Both the position numbers and the translations under genes were made by a program. From a virus: DNA of 64,000 nt. The stretch is taken from IMG/VR virus record IMGVR_UViG_3300048999_000173, positions 1 through 64,000 of that record; one strand, 5' to 3'. Below, in pieces: positions 1 through 8,506 of this stretch (the stretch's first letter is position 1; each line of letters opens with the position of its first letter). The notes under the pieces were generated by a model. The model saw only the letters and a program-made list of their open reading frames with translations, was not told the origin of the DNA and searched no databases.

Positions 1-126
1 GCATCCCGGCCGCGCGGCCCCACCCCCCAACCCCACCCCGGGGCCGCGCGGCCAACCCTCACTACCACCGCTCGTCCCGCGGATCCTCCACCACGCCATC
101 CACACCCTCACGCGAAGGAGTCCCGC

Positions 127-303
127 ATGCACGTAGAGACCGTCTCTGTCCTGATCGCCATCGGCTGTCTGATCGCCTTCGCCGTCCACCGGCTGCGCGT
201 CGCGAACAGGGAAATCGACTTGATCATTCAGGACTGCAAGGCACCCGACACGACCCCCGCTTCAACCGTCACTCCGTCCCCGAAGGGGAACCACATCCGA
301 TGA
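127..303 (+). CDS. small membrane protein (58 aa)
   Basis: GAAGGAG RBS at 114-120; ATG 127; hydrophobic N-terminus (VSVLIAIGCLIAFAV); stop overlaps next ATG. Below the ORF-track cutoff. Confidence 0.7.
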   Translation: MHVETVSVLIAIGCLIAFAVHRLRVANREIDLIIQDCKAPDTTPASTVTPSPKGNHIR

Positions 304-799
304 GCAGCACACCCGGCGCGGCGTTGATCGCGGCGAAGTTCCACGCGCAGAACTCCTGGCAGCTGTTCACCGAACCGCACGGCTACGACGCGACCGTGCC
401 GTCGTGGAAGGAGGGCAGCACCGGGGATGGTTCTCCTCGCGTGTCGTCGGAGGTGGTGGGCGAGAGCGCCGCGCACGCACTGCAGCGATTCGCCCGCGAC
501 TTCTACCTGACGCTCCCGAATCCGGGGACCAGCGGCCGCAGTTCGATGTGACGCAGTCGGGGCGGACGGTGCTGGCGTGGCGGTACGACGGCGTGTGGGT
601 GGAGCTGTGGCACTCAGACAGCGCCACGGACACCCCGCAGCCCCCGCGCCCCGCACACGGCGCCCCTACCCCGCCTGTGACCGCCCAGGCCGCGCCCCCG
701 GCCAGCCCTTCCGCCCGCCGCGCACTCCTGCTCCGACCCAGCGCGCGACTCCCGTTCACCCGCCGCTCCAAGACCCCGAAGGAGACACCCGCCGGATGA
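300..799 (+). pseudogene. hypothetical protein split by a 1-nt frameshift at GGGG 524-527
   Basis: ORF 300-551 reads ...LTLPNPG; the overlapping frame continues DQRPQFDVTQSGRTVLAWRYDGVWVELW to a stop at 799 that overlaps the next ATG. Confidence 0.6.
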
Positions 800-1161
800 G
801 CAGCATCATCACCGACCCGGCCACCGAGGACACCCACTACGGCATCCCCGTCTGCCACATCGGCGAGGACGGCAACATGCTCGCCCTCGGCCACCCCGGC
901 AAGCGCAAGGCCTTCGCCGCGTTCAACCGCCACGCCCGCGTCTTCTGCGGGCTCCCCAACCTTGCCGACGACTTCAGCGCCCGCCTCGCGGACTGGCTGG
1001 ACGGCGTCAAGGAGGAGTGGGTCGTCTTCCGCAAGCCCGACCCGGACAACGAGTTCGAGGACCCGGGATACGAGTGGTACTTCGACCAGTCCACGGTGGA
1101 CAACCCGAACTCCCAGCCCGTCACCGTCCTGCGTGCCCGCAAGACGGCAGTCACCGCATGA
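796..1161 (+). CDS. hypothetical protein
   Basis: AAGGAG RBS, ATGA coupling, high GC3 codon usage. Confidence 0.8.
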   Translation: MSSIITDPATEDTHYGIPVCHIGEDGNMLALGHPGKRKAFAAFNRHARVFCGLPNLADDFSARLADWLDGVKEEWVVFRKPDPDNEFEDPGYEWYFDQSTVDNPNSQPVTVLRARKTAVTA

Positions 1162-1175
1162 GGAGGTACCACCGC

Positions 1176-1637
1176 ATGACCGCCACACCCGAAACCACCG
1201 ACCGTGCCGCACAGACGCCCAAGGAGCCCGTAGTCGACCTGGACCAGATCGCCGCGCGTGCCGCCGACGACCCGTTCTTCATGTCCGACTGCGAGGGCAG
1301 CCTCCAGGTATGGCACGAGCGGGCGCTGGTCCGGGTCGCCCGCGACAGCGCGGGCGTCATCACCAGCTACGACTTCCCGTTCGCGTTCCCGCCCGCCGAG
1401 CAGATCATCGAGATCGACCTCGACTCCTGGGATCCCGGCGAGGACGCGACGGACGACAAGCGGCGCCAGGACATCGGCGACCTCGTTGACGCGCGCGCCG
1501 CGCTGCCCGCGCTCGTCGACGAAATCGCCAAACTGCGCGCTCAGGTTAAGAGCGTTCGGGACTGGGCCACCAGCCATGAGTACAAGTGGCTGCACGAACT
1601 GCTGGACGGATACGGGACCCACGGCGGGCATCTGTGA
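1176..1637 (+). CDS. hypothetical phage protein
   Basis: GAGGAGG RBS upstream; coupled to the next gene by GTGA. Confidence 0.75.
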   Translation: MTATPETTDRAAQTPKEPVVDLDQIAARAADDPFFMSDCEGSLQVWHERALVRVARDSAGVITSYDFPFAFPPAEQIIEIDLDSWDPGEDATDDKRRQDIGDLVDARAALPALVDEIAKLRAQVKSVRDWATSHEYKWLHELLDGYGTHGGHL

Positions 1638-2224
1638 GCGTCCTGACCTTGATGCCGCCGAACACCGAGGCGCCCGTGCATGTGGAGCAGCAGGAGGACC
1701 TGGCGGGCGGGATCGCAGCCGCGGTGTTCGACTCCAAGGAACGCGTCTACCGGTACTTGCTGACCAGGATCTGGGATCCGGCCGTGCCGCCCGCCGTGTT
1801 CCTCATGCTGAACCCGAGCACGGCGGACGCGCTCGAGGACGACAACACGATCCGGCGCCTGGCCGGCCCGAACGGGTTCGCCCGCCGTATGGGTGCGGGC
1901 GGCCTGGTCGTGGTCAACCTATTTGCCCTCTGCTCCACCGACCCGCGCGTTCTGCGCCACCATCCCGATCCGGTGGGCCCGTTGAACGACGCGTTCATAC
2001 GCCAGGCCACTCACCGCGCCCGCGCGGTGGTTGCGGCGTGGGGTGCGGCCGGTGTGGAGCACGGGCGCGGCGCCCGCGTCACCGAGACGCTGCGCGGGCG
2101 CCGGGTCGCCCTGCACTGCCTGGGCCAGACGTCGACCGGGCAACCCCGGCATCCCCTGTACCTGCCAGGTGACGCCGCCCTCGAGCCGTACAACGCCACC
2201 AGTAAGGAGAACCAGCCGTCATGA
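1634..2224 (+). CDS. DUF1643 domain protein
   Basis: motifs YRYLLTRIW, FLMLNPSTAD, DNTIRR, VVNLFA, AAWG, PRHPLY. Confidence 0.9.
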   Translation: MSVLTLMPPNTEAPVHVEQQEDLAGGIAAAVFDSKERVYRYLLTRIWDPAVPPAVFLMLNPSTADALEDDNTIRRLAGPNGFARRMGAGGLVVVNLFALCSTDPRVLRHHPDPVGPLNDAFIRQATHRARAVVAAWGAAGVEHGRGARVTETLRGRRVALHCLGQTSTGQPRHPLYLPGDAALEPYNATSKENQPS

Positions 2225-2577
2225 CCCAGCACAGTGCAGCCGTTGGCGCGCCGATCGTCGTCATCTGCGGCTCCACCCGCTTCATGCCGGAGATGGCGGA
2301 GGCGAACCTGCAAGAGACCGCCGACGGGAAGATCGTGCTCGCCCCGGGCTGCAACATGAAGGAGCCGCACCCGCGTTGGGCTGACCCGATCGAGGCGGAA
2401 CGCCTGAAAGGCCGCCTGGACCAGCTGCACCGGGCGAAGATTCGGTTGGCGGACGAAGTCCTGGTCGTCGGGGACTACATCGGGTCGTCCACGATCGCGG
2501 AGATCCAATATGCGCGGGCGCTGGGCAAGCCGATCCGGTTCACACACCCGGACGTAGACCCGGCTCGGGCCGCATGA
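2221..2577 (+). CDS. nucleoside 2-deoxyribosyltransferase-like (DUF4406-like) protein
   Basis: ICGSTRF ... HRAKIRLADEVLVV ... YIGSSTIAEIQYARALGKPI pattern. Confidence 0.7.
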   Translation: MTQHSAAVGAPIVVICGSTRFMPEMAEANLQETADGKIVLAPGCNMKEPHPRWADPIEAERLKGRLDQLHRAKIRLADEVLVVGDYIGSSTIAEIQYARALGKPIRFTHPDVDPARAA

Positions 2578-3083
2578 CCGCCCCCGCCATGGTGGGCCCG
2601 TCGCCTTCGGGTGGCGGGCCCGCGCCGTCTACGGACTGGGAAGACGTCCTGGCCGACATCGGCGACCGCATCCGCGCCGAACGCCAAGCCCGCAGCTGGT
2701 CACAGACCGAGTTCGCGCTGCGATCTGGCCTGTCCCGGAGCACCGTCAAGCGCATCGAGAACGGGCAGACGACCCTGCGGTTCTTCGTCGCGGCATGCGC
2801 TGCGCTGGGAGTTGGGGTCGGGGATGTTCTGTCCGGCGAGTGGCAGGCGCCCGTACGACGGCCGTTCCTGACGCCCACGCAGTCCCGGGTGCTCGGGGCG
2901 GTGGCTGGCACCGGGTCTGCGACGGATGCCGCCGTCCGGCTGGGGATTCCGCTGAACACGGTGACGTCTCGGCTGTCGGAGATCTACCGGCTGCTGAACG
3001 TGATGCATGTGCCGCGGGGGCCGGAGCGTTGCGCTGCTGCCGTACGTGCGGCCCGCAAGCACGGCCTGATCGACGCAGCGTAG
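2574..3083 (+). CDS. double-HTH regulator (XRE-type plus LuxR-like HTH)
   Basis: IRAERQARSWSQTEFALRSGLSRSTVKRIENG and LTPTQSRVL...AVRLGIPLNTVTSRLSEIYRLL. Confidence 0.8.
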   Translation: MTAPAMVGPSPSGGGPAPSTDWEDVLADIGDRIRAERQARSWSQTEFALRSGLSRSTVKRIENGQTTLRFFVAACAALGVGVGDVLSGEWQAPVRRPFLTPTQSRVLGAVAGTGSATDAAVRLGIPLNTVTSRLSEIYRLLNVMHVPRGPERCAAAVRAARKHGLIDAA

Positions 3084-3152
3084 GGCCGAAAACCTGGACA
3101 TCTTAGACACGCCCACCGTTGGGTAAGACCGATCAACGCCCGGGAGGGCTCC

Positions 3153-3398
3153 GTGTACTTCCTGATCACGCTCGCCCTCGCCACGGCCGCCGGCACCGCG
3201 TGGGGCTGGACTCAGCACACCTGGCACATGCCGTACTGGATGATCCTCGCCTTCGGGATCGGGCCCGCGCTGGCGGCCGAAGTCGTCGACCGGGCGCTGA
3301 AGAAGCGCGCGATGCGGCGACAGATCTACGACCGAGCCGTCGTCGTCCACTGCTGGAACACCCGCCGCCAGGCCCGGCACCGCAAGACTCCCGCCTGA
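3153..3398 (+). CDS. small membrane protein
   Basis: GGGAGG RBS; two hydrophobic segments; basic tail. Confidence 0.7.
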   Translation: MYFLITLALATAAGTAWGWTQHTWHMPYWMILAFGIGPALAAEVVDRALKKRAMRRQIYDRAVVVHCWNTRRQARHRKTPA

Positions 3399-3460
3399 CC
3401 GAACGTCAAGACCGTTTGCACGACCTGCAAACCAGCACGTCACCAACCCGAAGGAGCAGT

Positions 3461-3817
3461 GTGACCACCACCGAACCGACCAAGACCCGCCCCGGCGATC
3501 AGCCGCTTCCCGTGGGCGGCCAGGAGTGTGTGCAGGACGCGCTGATCGCCGACATCCGCGCCCGCCGTGACATCGGAATCGAGAGGTACGGGTCCGCGCT
3601 GATGACACACAACGGCCGCGACGCGATGCAGGACGCCCTCGAAGAGGCCGTCGATCTGGCCGTGTACCTGAAGCAGGTGGCACTTGAGGTTCGTGACTAC
3701 GAGGCCGCCCTGGACCGGTTGGCCGCGGTGCGGAACGAGTGGAAGGGACACTCCCTGAACCCGCAGACCAAGGACCTCTTGGACGCGCTCACCACGGCCC
3801 TGGGGGAGGTGCGGTGA
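3461..3817 (+). CDS. all-alpha NTP pyrophosphohydrolase (MazG-like) phage protein
   Basis: AAGGAG RBS; R..GIERYG..L..NGRDAMQDALEEAVDLAVYL (EExxD). Confidence 0.6.
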   Translation: MTTTEPTKTRPGDQPLPVGGQECVQDALIADIRARRDIGIERYGSALMTHNGRDAMQDALEEAVDLAVYLKQVALEVRDYEAALDRLAAVRNEWKGHSLNPQTKDLLDALTTALGEVR

Positions 3818-4344
3818 CCGGGAAGCCCAAGGGCCCGGTCGAATGGGCCCGTCACTACGCGGACCTGCGGGAGCGCGGCGAGCACCCGGAGCTCACCGCG
3901 CGGGAAGCCCGCGACCTCGCCGACGAACTCGGCACCGACCTGTACCGGGCGCAGGACGCGCTCGCATTCGTGGGCGAGATGTGCGACATCATCGACACCA
4001 AGCAGAACGCGCCGGCCGGGTACGGGACGCTGCTGACGTCGGACGTACGGGACTGGATGAAGGGGCCGCGCTGCGTGCGGATGCGCGCTGCCGACGCCAC
4101 CCTGGTGCCGGACAGGCGGCCGGAGGAGGACACCGAGCAGCTGGTGGAGGCTCTGCGTACCGTCGTAAGGGCAGCGATCGAGGCGTCCGGTCGCTCGCAG
4201 GCCTCGATCGCGCGGGAGTTGATCGTGTCGACGAAGCACCTGAACCAGATGCTGAAGGGCAGGCAGCCGATCACCTTGTGGTGGGCGGCGCGGATCCTGC
4301 GCACCTGCGGGATGCGTCTCGTCGTGGGGGAGGTCGACCGGTGA
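3814..4344 (+). CDS. protein with C-terminal XRE-type HTH
   Basis: SGRSQASIARELIVSTKHLNQMLKG; GTGA coupling on both sides. Confidence 0.75.
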   Translation: MTGKPKGPVEWARHYADLRERGEHPELTAREARDLADELGTDLYRAQDALAFVGEMCDIIDTKQNAPAGYGTLLTSDVRDWMKGPRCVRMRAADATLVPDRRPEEDTEQLVEALRTVVRAAIEASGRSQASIARELIVSTKHLNQMLKGRQPITLWWAARILRTCGMRLVVGEVDR

Positions 4345-4787
4345 ACGGTACGACCGAGGCCGACCTGGATAAGACGCGGCGTTACCTGCGCCCCGTGCGC
4401 GCCACGATCATCTCCGACGATCCGTACGGCGTGCACTTGGCCGTGTACTCGTGGCTGGAGTTGGGGTTCGACGCGTGGGTGACCGGCCCGGGGATCTGCG
4501 GGGAGTCCACGATGCAGGGCCCGCTGCCGGAGGGCACCGCGGTGACGTGCGCGGGGTGTCTCGAGCGGCAGGCGGACTACGAGCGGTACCTGGCGCCCGG
4601 CTACCTGCCCGAGGACGACAACCCGAAGATCCTGCGCCAGCGACTCGAGGAGGCTGAGGCGTCCCTGGTGCGGGTGCTGGCGTTCGCGGCGGAGATCGAC
4701 GACCGGACCTGGCGGGCACCGGGGACTGAGGTGGCGTTGCGGATCCGGTCCGTGGTCTCCGGGGAGCGGACGGAGGGCGGCCGGTGA
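4341..4787 (+). CDS. hypothetical protein, possible Zn-binding (H..C..CxxC)
   Basis: coupled GTG start with GGAGG RBS; VTCAGC motif. Confidence 0.7.
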   Translation: MNGTTEADLDKTRRYLRPVRATIISDDPYGVHLAVYSWLELGFDAWVTGPGICGESTMQGPLPEGTAVTCAGCLERQADYERYLAPGYLPEDDNPKILRQRLEEAEASLVRVLAFAAEIDDRTWRAPGTEVALRIRSVVSGERTEGGR

Positions 4788-5443
4788 CTGCGTACGGCAA
4801 CAGTGCGGCGCGTGAGGCTGCGGCGATTCGTGCGCGGGCCCGGAAGGGCGTGTGGCGGCGTCTGACGGCCGCGGTGGGGCTCAACCAGGCTGCCGTGCGG
4901 GCGGACGCTCAGGCGGCCCTGTGGGAGCGCGGCGCCCAAGGCGAGACCACGACCGCCCGCATGCTCGCCCAACTCGCCGGGCACGGCTGGCAGATCCGGC
5001 ACGACCTCCGATTACGGGGCCGCCGCTTCAACCTCGACCACGTCCTCATAGCCCCCGAAGGGACGGTGGTGGTGCTGGACACGAAGGTGTGGCATCGCGG
5101 CCAGCCCACCACTCTAGTCGGGGGCCGGGTGCACTGCGGGACGCAGGACCGGCACGACCAGGTCGTGAAGGTCGCCGGGTACGCGGCCGCCGTGCAGGAG
5201 GTGTTGGCGTTGCCGGGGGTGGTGGTGTGGCCGCTGCTCGTCGTCCACAACTCCCCGGTCCAGGACGGGGTCCTGACGGTGCAGGCGCCGGAGGCGGGAT
5301 GGGCGGGCCCCGTGTACGTGCTGTCGCCGCCGTACCTGGTACCGACGCTGGCCGGCGGTCCGAATCGGCTGGACCCGCGCCGTGCGGCCGCGGTGACCGC
5401 GCGGGTGGATGTAGTGCTTCGGCCGTACGCGGAGGGCGGTTGA
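4784..5443 (+). CDS. NERD (nuclease-related, PD-(D/E)xK) domain protein
   Basis: GAQGE...HDL...NLDHVLIAPEGTVVVLDTK...QV. Confidence 0.85.
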   Translation: MTAYGNSAAREAAAIRARARKGVWRRLTAAVGLNQAAVRADAQAALWERGAQGETTTARMLAQLAGHGWQIRHDLRLRGRRFNLDHVLIAPEGTVVVLDTKVWHRGQPTTLVGGRVHCGTQDRHDQVVKVAGYAAAVQEVLALPGVVVWPLLVVHNSPVQDGVLTVQAPEAGWAGPVYVLSPPYLVPTLAGGPNRLDPRRAAAVTARVDVVLRPYAEGG

Positions 5444-5492
5444 GGCTACGGTGGACGGCACCACCGAGGGGGCGCCCTGCCTGTGTGGCCCG

Positions 5493-5531
5493 GAGGCCCG
5501 TGATCTGCGACTGCAGATGGCGGGCCTCTTT
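5493..5531 (+). terminator. intrinsic terminator between convergent genes
   Basis: GAGGCCCG/CGGGCCTC stem with inner ATCTGC/GCAGAT stem, followed by TTT. Confidence 0.7.
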
Positions 5532-5538
5532 CGTGCGT

Positions 5539-6246
5539 TCAGCGGCGTCCGTCTCGGATCTGGTAGATCCGGGCGCGCGACAGGTTCGCCTTCTCCGCGA
5601 TCGAGATGACCGAGTGCCCGGCGGCGAGCGCGGTGCGGATGGCTTCGTCCCGGGCCTCTTCCGCCTGTCCGATCCGGCTGGCGGCGATGGCGACCTGGGA
5701 GAGGTCGTCGTTGGCGGCCGGGTGGACGGGGAGGGGTTCGGTGATGCGCCATCCGCTGGCGTACATGACGGCCTGGCGGTCGGCGACCGTCTCCCAGCCG
5801 TTGTCGCGCAGCCAACGAAGGGCGGCCGTCCTGACGTTGAGGTCGTTGGTGAGTCCGCCCTCGAAGATGCCGAGTTCGCCGAAGGTGGCGTACCTGGTGG
5901 TGTCGATGTCTTCGTGGCCGTTGACGTCCTGGACCTCGATGGAGATGCAGTCGTGGCTGTCGCGGAGTACGGCGACGTGCGGGGCGTCGACGACTTCCTG
6001 GAGGGCGCTGGTGGTGGCGATGACGTCGACGAGTTCGGTCATGTTGGCCGGGTCGGGGGCGCCGAGGACGTCGGCGAGGATCTGCCACTGGTCTTCTGTG
6101 GGGCGGCCGTTGTCGTCGGTGTCGATGTCGCAGGCGTCGATGTACTGGACGAGGTCGTCGTGGGTGAGTGTGTCGCCGTTGGGGAGTTGGATCGGGCCGC
6201 GGTTGTCGAAGAGGTTCTCGATCTGCTTTGCGGTGATCTGGTTCAT
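5539..6246 (-). CDS. protein with C-terminal HTH, likely autoregulated
   Basis: AAAGGG RBS; C-terminal GHSVISIAEKANLSRARIYQIR HTH. Confidence 0.8.
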   Translation of the reverse strand: MNQITAKQIENLFDNRGPIQLPNGDTLTHDDLVQYIDACDIDTDDNGRPTEDQWQILADVLGAPDPANMTELVDVIATTSALQEVVDAPHVAVLRDSHDCISIEVQDVNGHEDIDTTRYATFGELGIFEGGLTNDLNVRTAALRWLRDNGWETVADRQAVMYASGWRITEPLPVHPAANDDLSQVAIAASRIGQAEEARDEAIRTALAAGHSVISIAEKANLSRARIYQIRDGRR

Positions 6247-6273
6247 GGTGGGCCCTTTCCCCCGGCGCCACCG

Positions 6274-6334
6274 TGTGTAGCGCGCTACACATAGAGTGCA
6301 CCCCACGCCTCTACATGTCAAGCGCGCTACACAT
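6274..6334 (-). promoter_or_regulatory. sigma70-type promoter flanked by operator palindromes
   Basis: minus-strand TTGACA (6321-6316)-17 nt-CACTCT; perfect 18-bp palindrome TGTGTAGCGCGCTACACA at 6274-6291; second partial copy at 6321-6334. Confidence 0.7.
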
Positions 6335-6361
6335 GTCGCAGGGTCGGGTCATCACCAGCCC

Positions 6362-6505
6362 CTACTTCGACCCCTGCTCCCTCTGCTCTCTCTGCCGCCG
6401 CTGCTCAGCGCCCAGCGCGTAGACGTGACGGCCCGTGAACCAGAACAAAGCGCCGATGACCCCGCCGGTGATCGTGGTCACGATGAGATTGAAGTACCAG
6501 TTCAT
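6362..6505 (-). CDS. 47-aa single-TM peptide, probably leaderless
   Basis: MNWYFNLIVTTITGGVIGALFWFTGRHVYALGAEQRRQREQREQGSK; TAGCGT -10 box 6 nt before ATG. Confidence 0.6.
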   Translation of the reverse strand: MNWYFNLIVTTITGGVIGALFWFTGRHVYALGAEQRRQREQREQGSK

Positions 6506-6735
6506 GCGGCCACGCTAGGACGCCGGACCCGGCAACCGATTCCGATGACCGGTATCGATCGGAAATGCCTGCCGGCCTGGACGTGCGAGCGCCCGCCCCA
6601 ATGGACCGAAGGGGCGGGCGCGTTCCGGCGTTGACGCGGATCGCGGCCGGGCAGGGCGGGGCGGACGCCACAACAGGGGGTGCGGCATCAGCTCTCTCAG
6701 CAGTCTGGCAGACGCCACCGACAACCGGGGCAGGT

Positions 6736-6999
6736 TCAGATGCCCAGCCACGAGGGAGGCGGCTGGATGCACGGCGCTGTGGCAGGCCTGCGCCACGCCG
6801 ACGTCGGGTCCTCAGGGTCGACCTGCTTGCGGCCGTCCTCGGTGAGGACGAACTCCTCGTACCTGATCACCAGGTCGCCGTCGACCGTGTCGATTGACAG
6901 GTTGGTGTGCAGGGGAACAGCGTTCGGGTCGATGCCGTTCGCGGTCAGCCACTTGCACAGGGCTACGCGTTCTTCTTCAATCGGATTGCCCATGGCCAT
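6736..6999 (-). CDS. hypothetical protein
   Basis: TGATG coupling with the upstream gene; CKWLTANGIDP motif. Confidence 0.75.
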   Translation of the reverse strand: MAMGNPIEEERVALCKWLTANGIDPNAVPLHTNLSIDTVDGDLVIRYEEFVLTEDGRKQVDPEDPTSAWRRPATAPCIQPPPSWLGI

Positions 7000-7400
7000 C
7001 AGAGCGGAATCCATCCGTCGCCGCCGTCGCCCTTCAGCGTGGCGTTGCAGTCGTAACAGATCCCCGTTCCACACCCAGGCTGGTCGCCCATCTCCTTGGT
7101 GTCGATGACGTTCTGGTGGGAGCAGTGGTTCTCCAGGACGTGCCACACCAGCAGCCCGTCCGAGGAGATCGCAGTGCGCGCGTTGCGTCCCAGGTAGCAG
7201 GGGATGGGCTGCCCGGTGCCGACGATCTGGAAGCCGCGCCGCATGTGCTGCTGGCTTGCGTGGCGGGCCAGGTACCAGACGTCGACGGCACCGGGGCGGC
7301 GTACAGCCGCGTGGAGGATGTCGCCGGTCAGGTCGACGCCATGCGGACGGTCGTCGATGGGGAGTTCGGTGCGGTGGATTACGTCCTGGGCAGCCAGCAT
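6999..7400 (-). CDS. hypothetical phage protein with C-terminal Cys/His cluster
   Basis: FQIVGTGQPIP...LVWHVLE motif; TGATG coupling. Confidence 0.75.
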   Translation of the reverse strand: MLAAQDVIHRTELPIDDRPHGVDLTGDILHAAVRRPGAVDVWYLARHASQQHMRRGFQIVGTGQPIPCYLGRNARTAISSDGLLVWHVLENHCSHQNVIDTKEMGDQPGCGTGICYDCNATLKGDGGDGWIPL

Positions 7401-7828
7401 CAGGGAGCCTCTTCGGCGGGCTGTGGGAGGTCGATGTGCTTGCTGTGGTGGAGCGGGGTGGTGGCGATGTCGCCAGCGGCTTCCTGTTCGGACAGCAGGT
7501 AGTACGTCTTGCCGCCGTCGTGGGAGAACGCCTCCGAGTTGCGGACGGATTGCCACAGAGGACTGGTCGTCATGCCTTCGGCGTACCGGTCGATCCACTC
7601 GTCGGGGTTGTCGGTAAGGTCGGACAGCGGCTGGTAGCGCAGGAGTTTGTCGAGGTAGAGCGCGGTGAAGTGGGCGCTGCCGCCGGAGTGGCCCATGTCG
7701 GCGAAGGCTTGGACGACACGGCACACGCCGTTGATGAAGTCTTGGTCCTCGCCGACGATTCGGAGTTCGCGGCGGGCGTGGGCGACGAGGTTGGACTCTT
7801 CGCGGGGGCGTTTCTGGGCTGGGGGCAT
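7400..7828 (-). CDS. conserved hypothetical phage protein
   Basis: NLVAHARREL...F..MGHSGGSA...PLSDLT..PDEW...WQSVRNSEAFS.DGGKTYY. Confidence 0.8.
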   Translation of the reverse strand: MPPAQKRPREESNLVAHARRELRIVGEDQDFINGVCRVVQAFADMGHSGGSAHFTALYLDKLLRYQPLSDLTDNPDEWIDRYAEGMTTSPLWQSVRNSEAFSHDGGKTYYLLSEQEAAGDIATTPLHHSKHIDLPQPAEEAP

Positions 7829-7875
7829 ACGTCCACGGTGCCGCGTTTCGGCGGGGGTGTTGCCCCCTGCTGGGT

Positions 7876-7929
7876 CGTGGGGCCTGGTGGTGGCTGCTTC
7901 CCCTTGTGAGCGCTCCACCGGGCCCCACG
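7876..7929 (-). terminator. long stem-loop immediately downstream of the DTTWG peptide gene
   Basis: CGTGGGGCCTGGTGG (7876-7890) and CCACCGGGCCCCACG (7915-7929) are 14/15 complementary. Confidence 0.6.
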
Positions 7930-7941
7930 CGTGCAGGGTGG

Positions 7942-8214
7942 TCAGCCCCAGGTGGTGTCGAGGGGGGTGACGGTGCCGCCGGTGCCCGTGCCGGGGTTGG
8001 TGGGCGGGGTGGTGCCGTCGGTGGTGGTGCCGTTGTCGACGGTGGGGGTGGTGTCGGGGGCGCCCCAGGTGGTGTCGCCCTGCGGGCTGGCGATGAGGTC
8101 GTTGGTGAGGGCGGCGCCGGTCGCGGTCGCGGCGGCGAGTCCGAGGCCGGCGGCGATGGTGCGGAAGCGGAGGGTTTTTGCGGGTTTCGGGGTGCGGTGT
8201 TTTCCGTGACTCAC
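7942..8214 (-). CDS. secreted pre-peptide with two DTTWG units (candidate signalling peptide)
   Basis: AAGAGGT RBS; basic n-region, hydrophobic h-region (IAAGLGLAAATATGAAL), Thr/Gly/Pro linker; DTTWG both internal and C-terminal. Confidence 0.85.
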   Translation of the reverse strand: MSHGKHRTPKPAKTLRFRTIAAGLGLAAATATGAALTNDLIASPQGDTTWGAPDTTPTVDNGTTTDGTTPPTNPGTGTGGTVTPLDTTWG

Positions 8215-8506
8215 AAAGGACCTCTTTCTTCGGATTGTTCGGATGTGTGGACAAACTGTAAAGGGGGCGTCTTGCCCGTTCTCGTGCTCAATGATCCTGC
8301 TGCGAATCCCGTTGCCCCCAGGGCGTGTTACTGGCAGTTACACGCATGGGGTGGGGGGAAGGACATTGAGTACGAGCGTCGGGGGACGCCCCACGTGAAT
8401 GCTGCCGTAGGCTGTTTGCACACTCAACCTGTTCACGCTGCGTATTGCCGCAGTGCGCGTTCCCGCAGCGGGACGGTCTGTTTTCTCGGGGGATCGAACG
8501 GTGGTC

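Noticed and set aside
7942-8214. DTTWG ORF as a RiPP precursor
   Set aside because: No modification enzymes, transporter or dedicated peptidase nearby, and it has a Sec-like signal rather than a RiPP leader. Modification in trans is not excluded.
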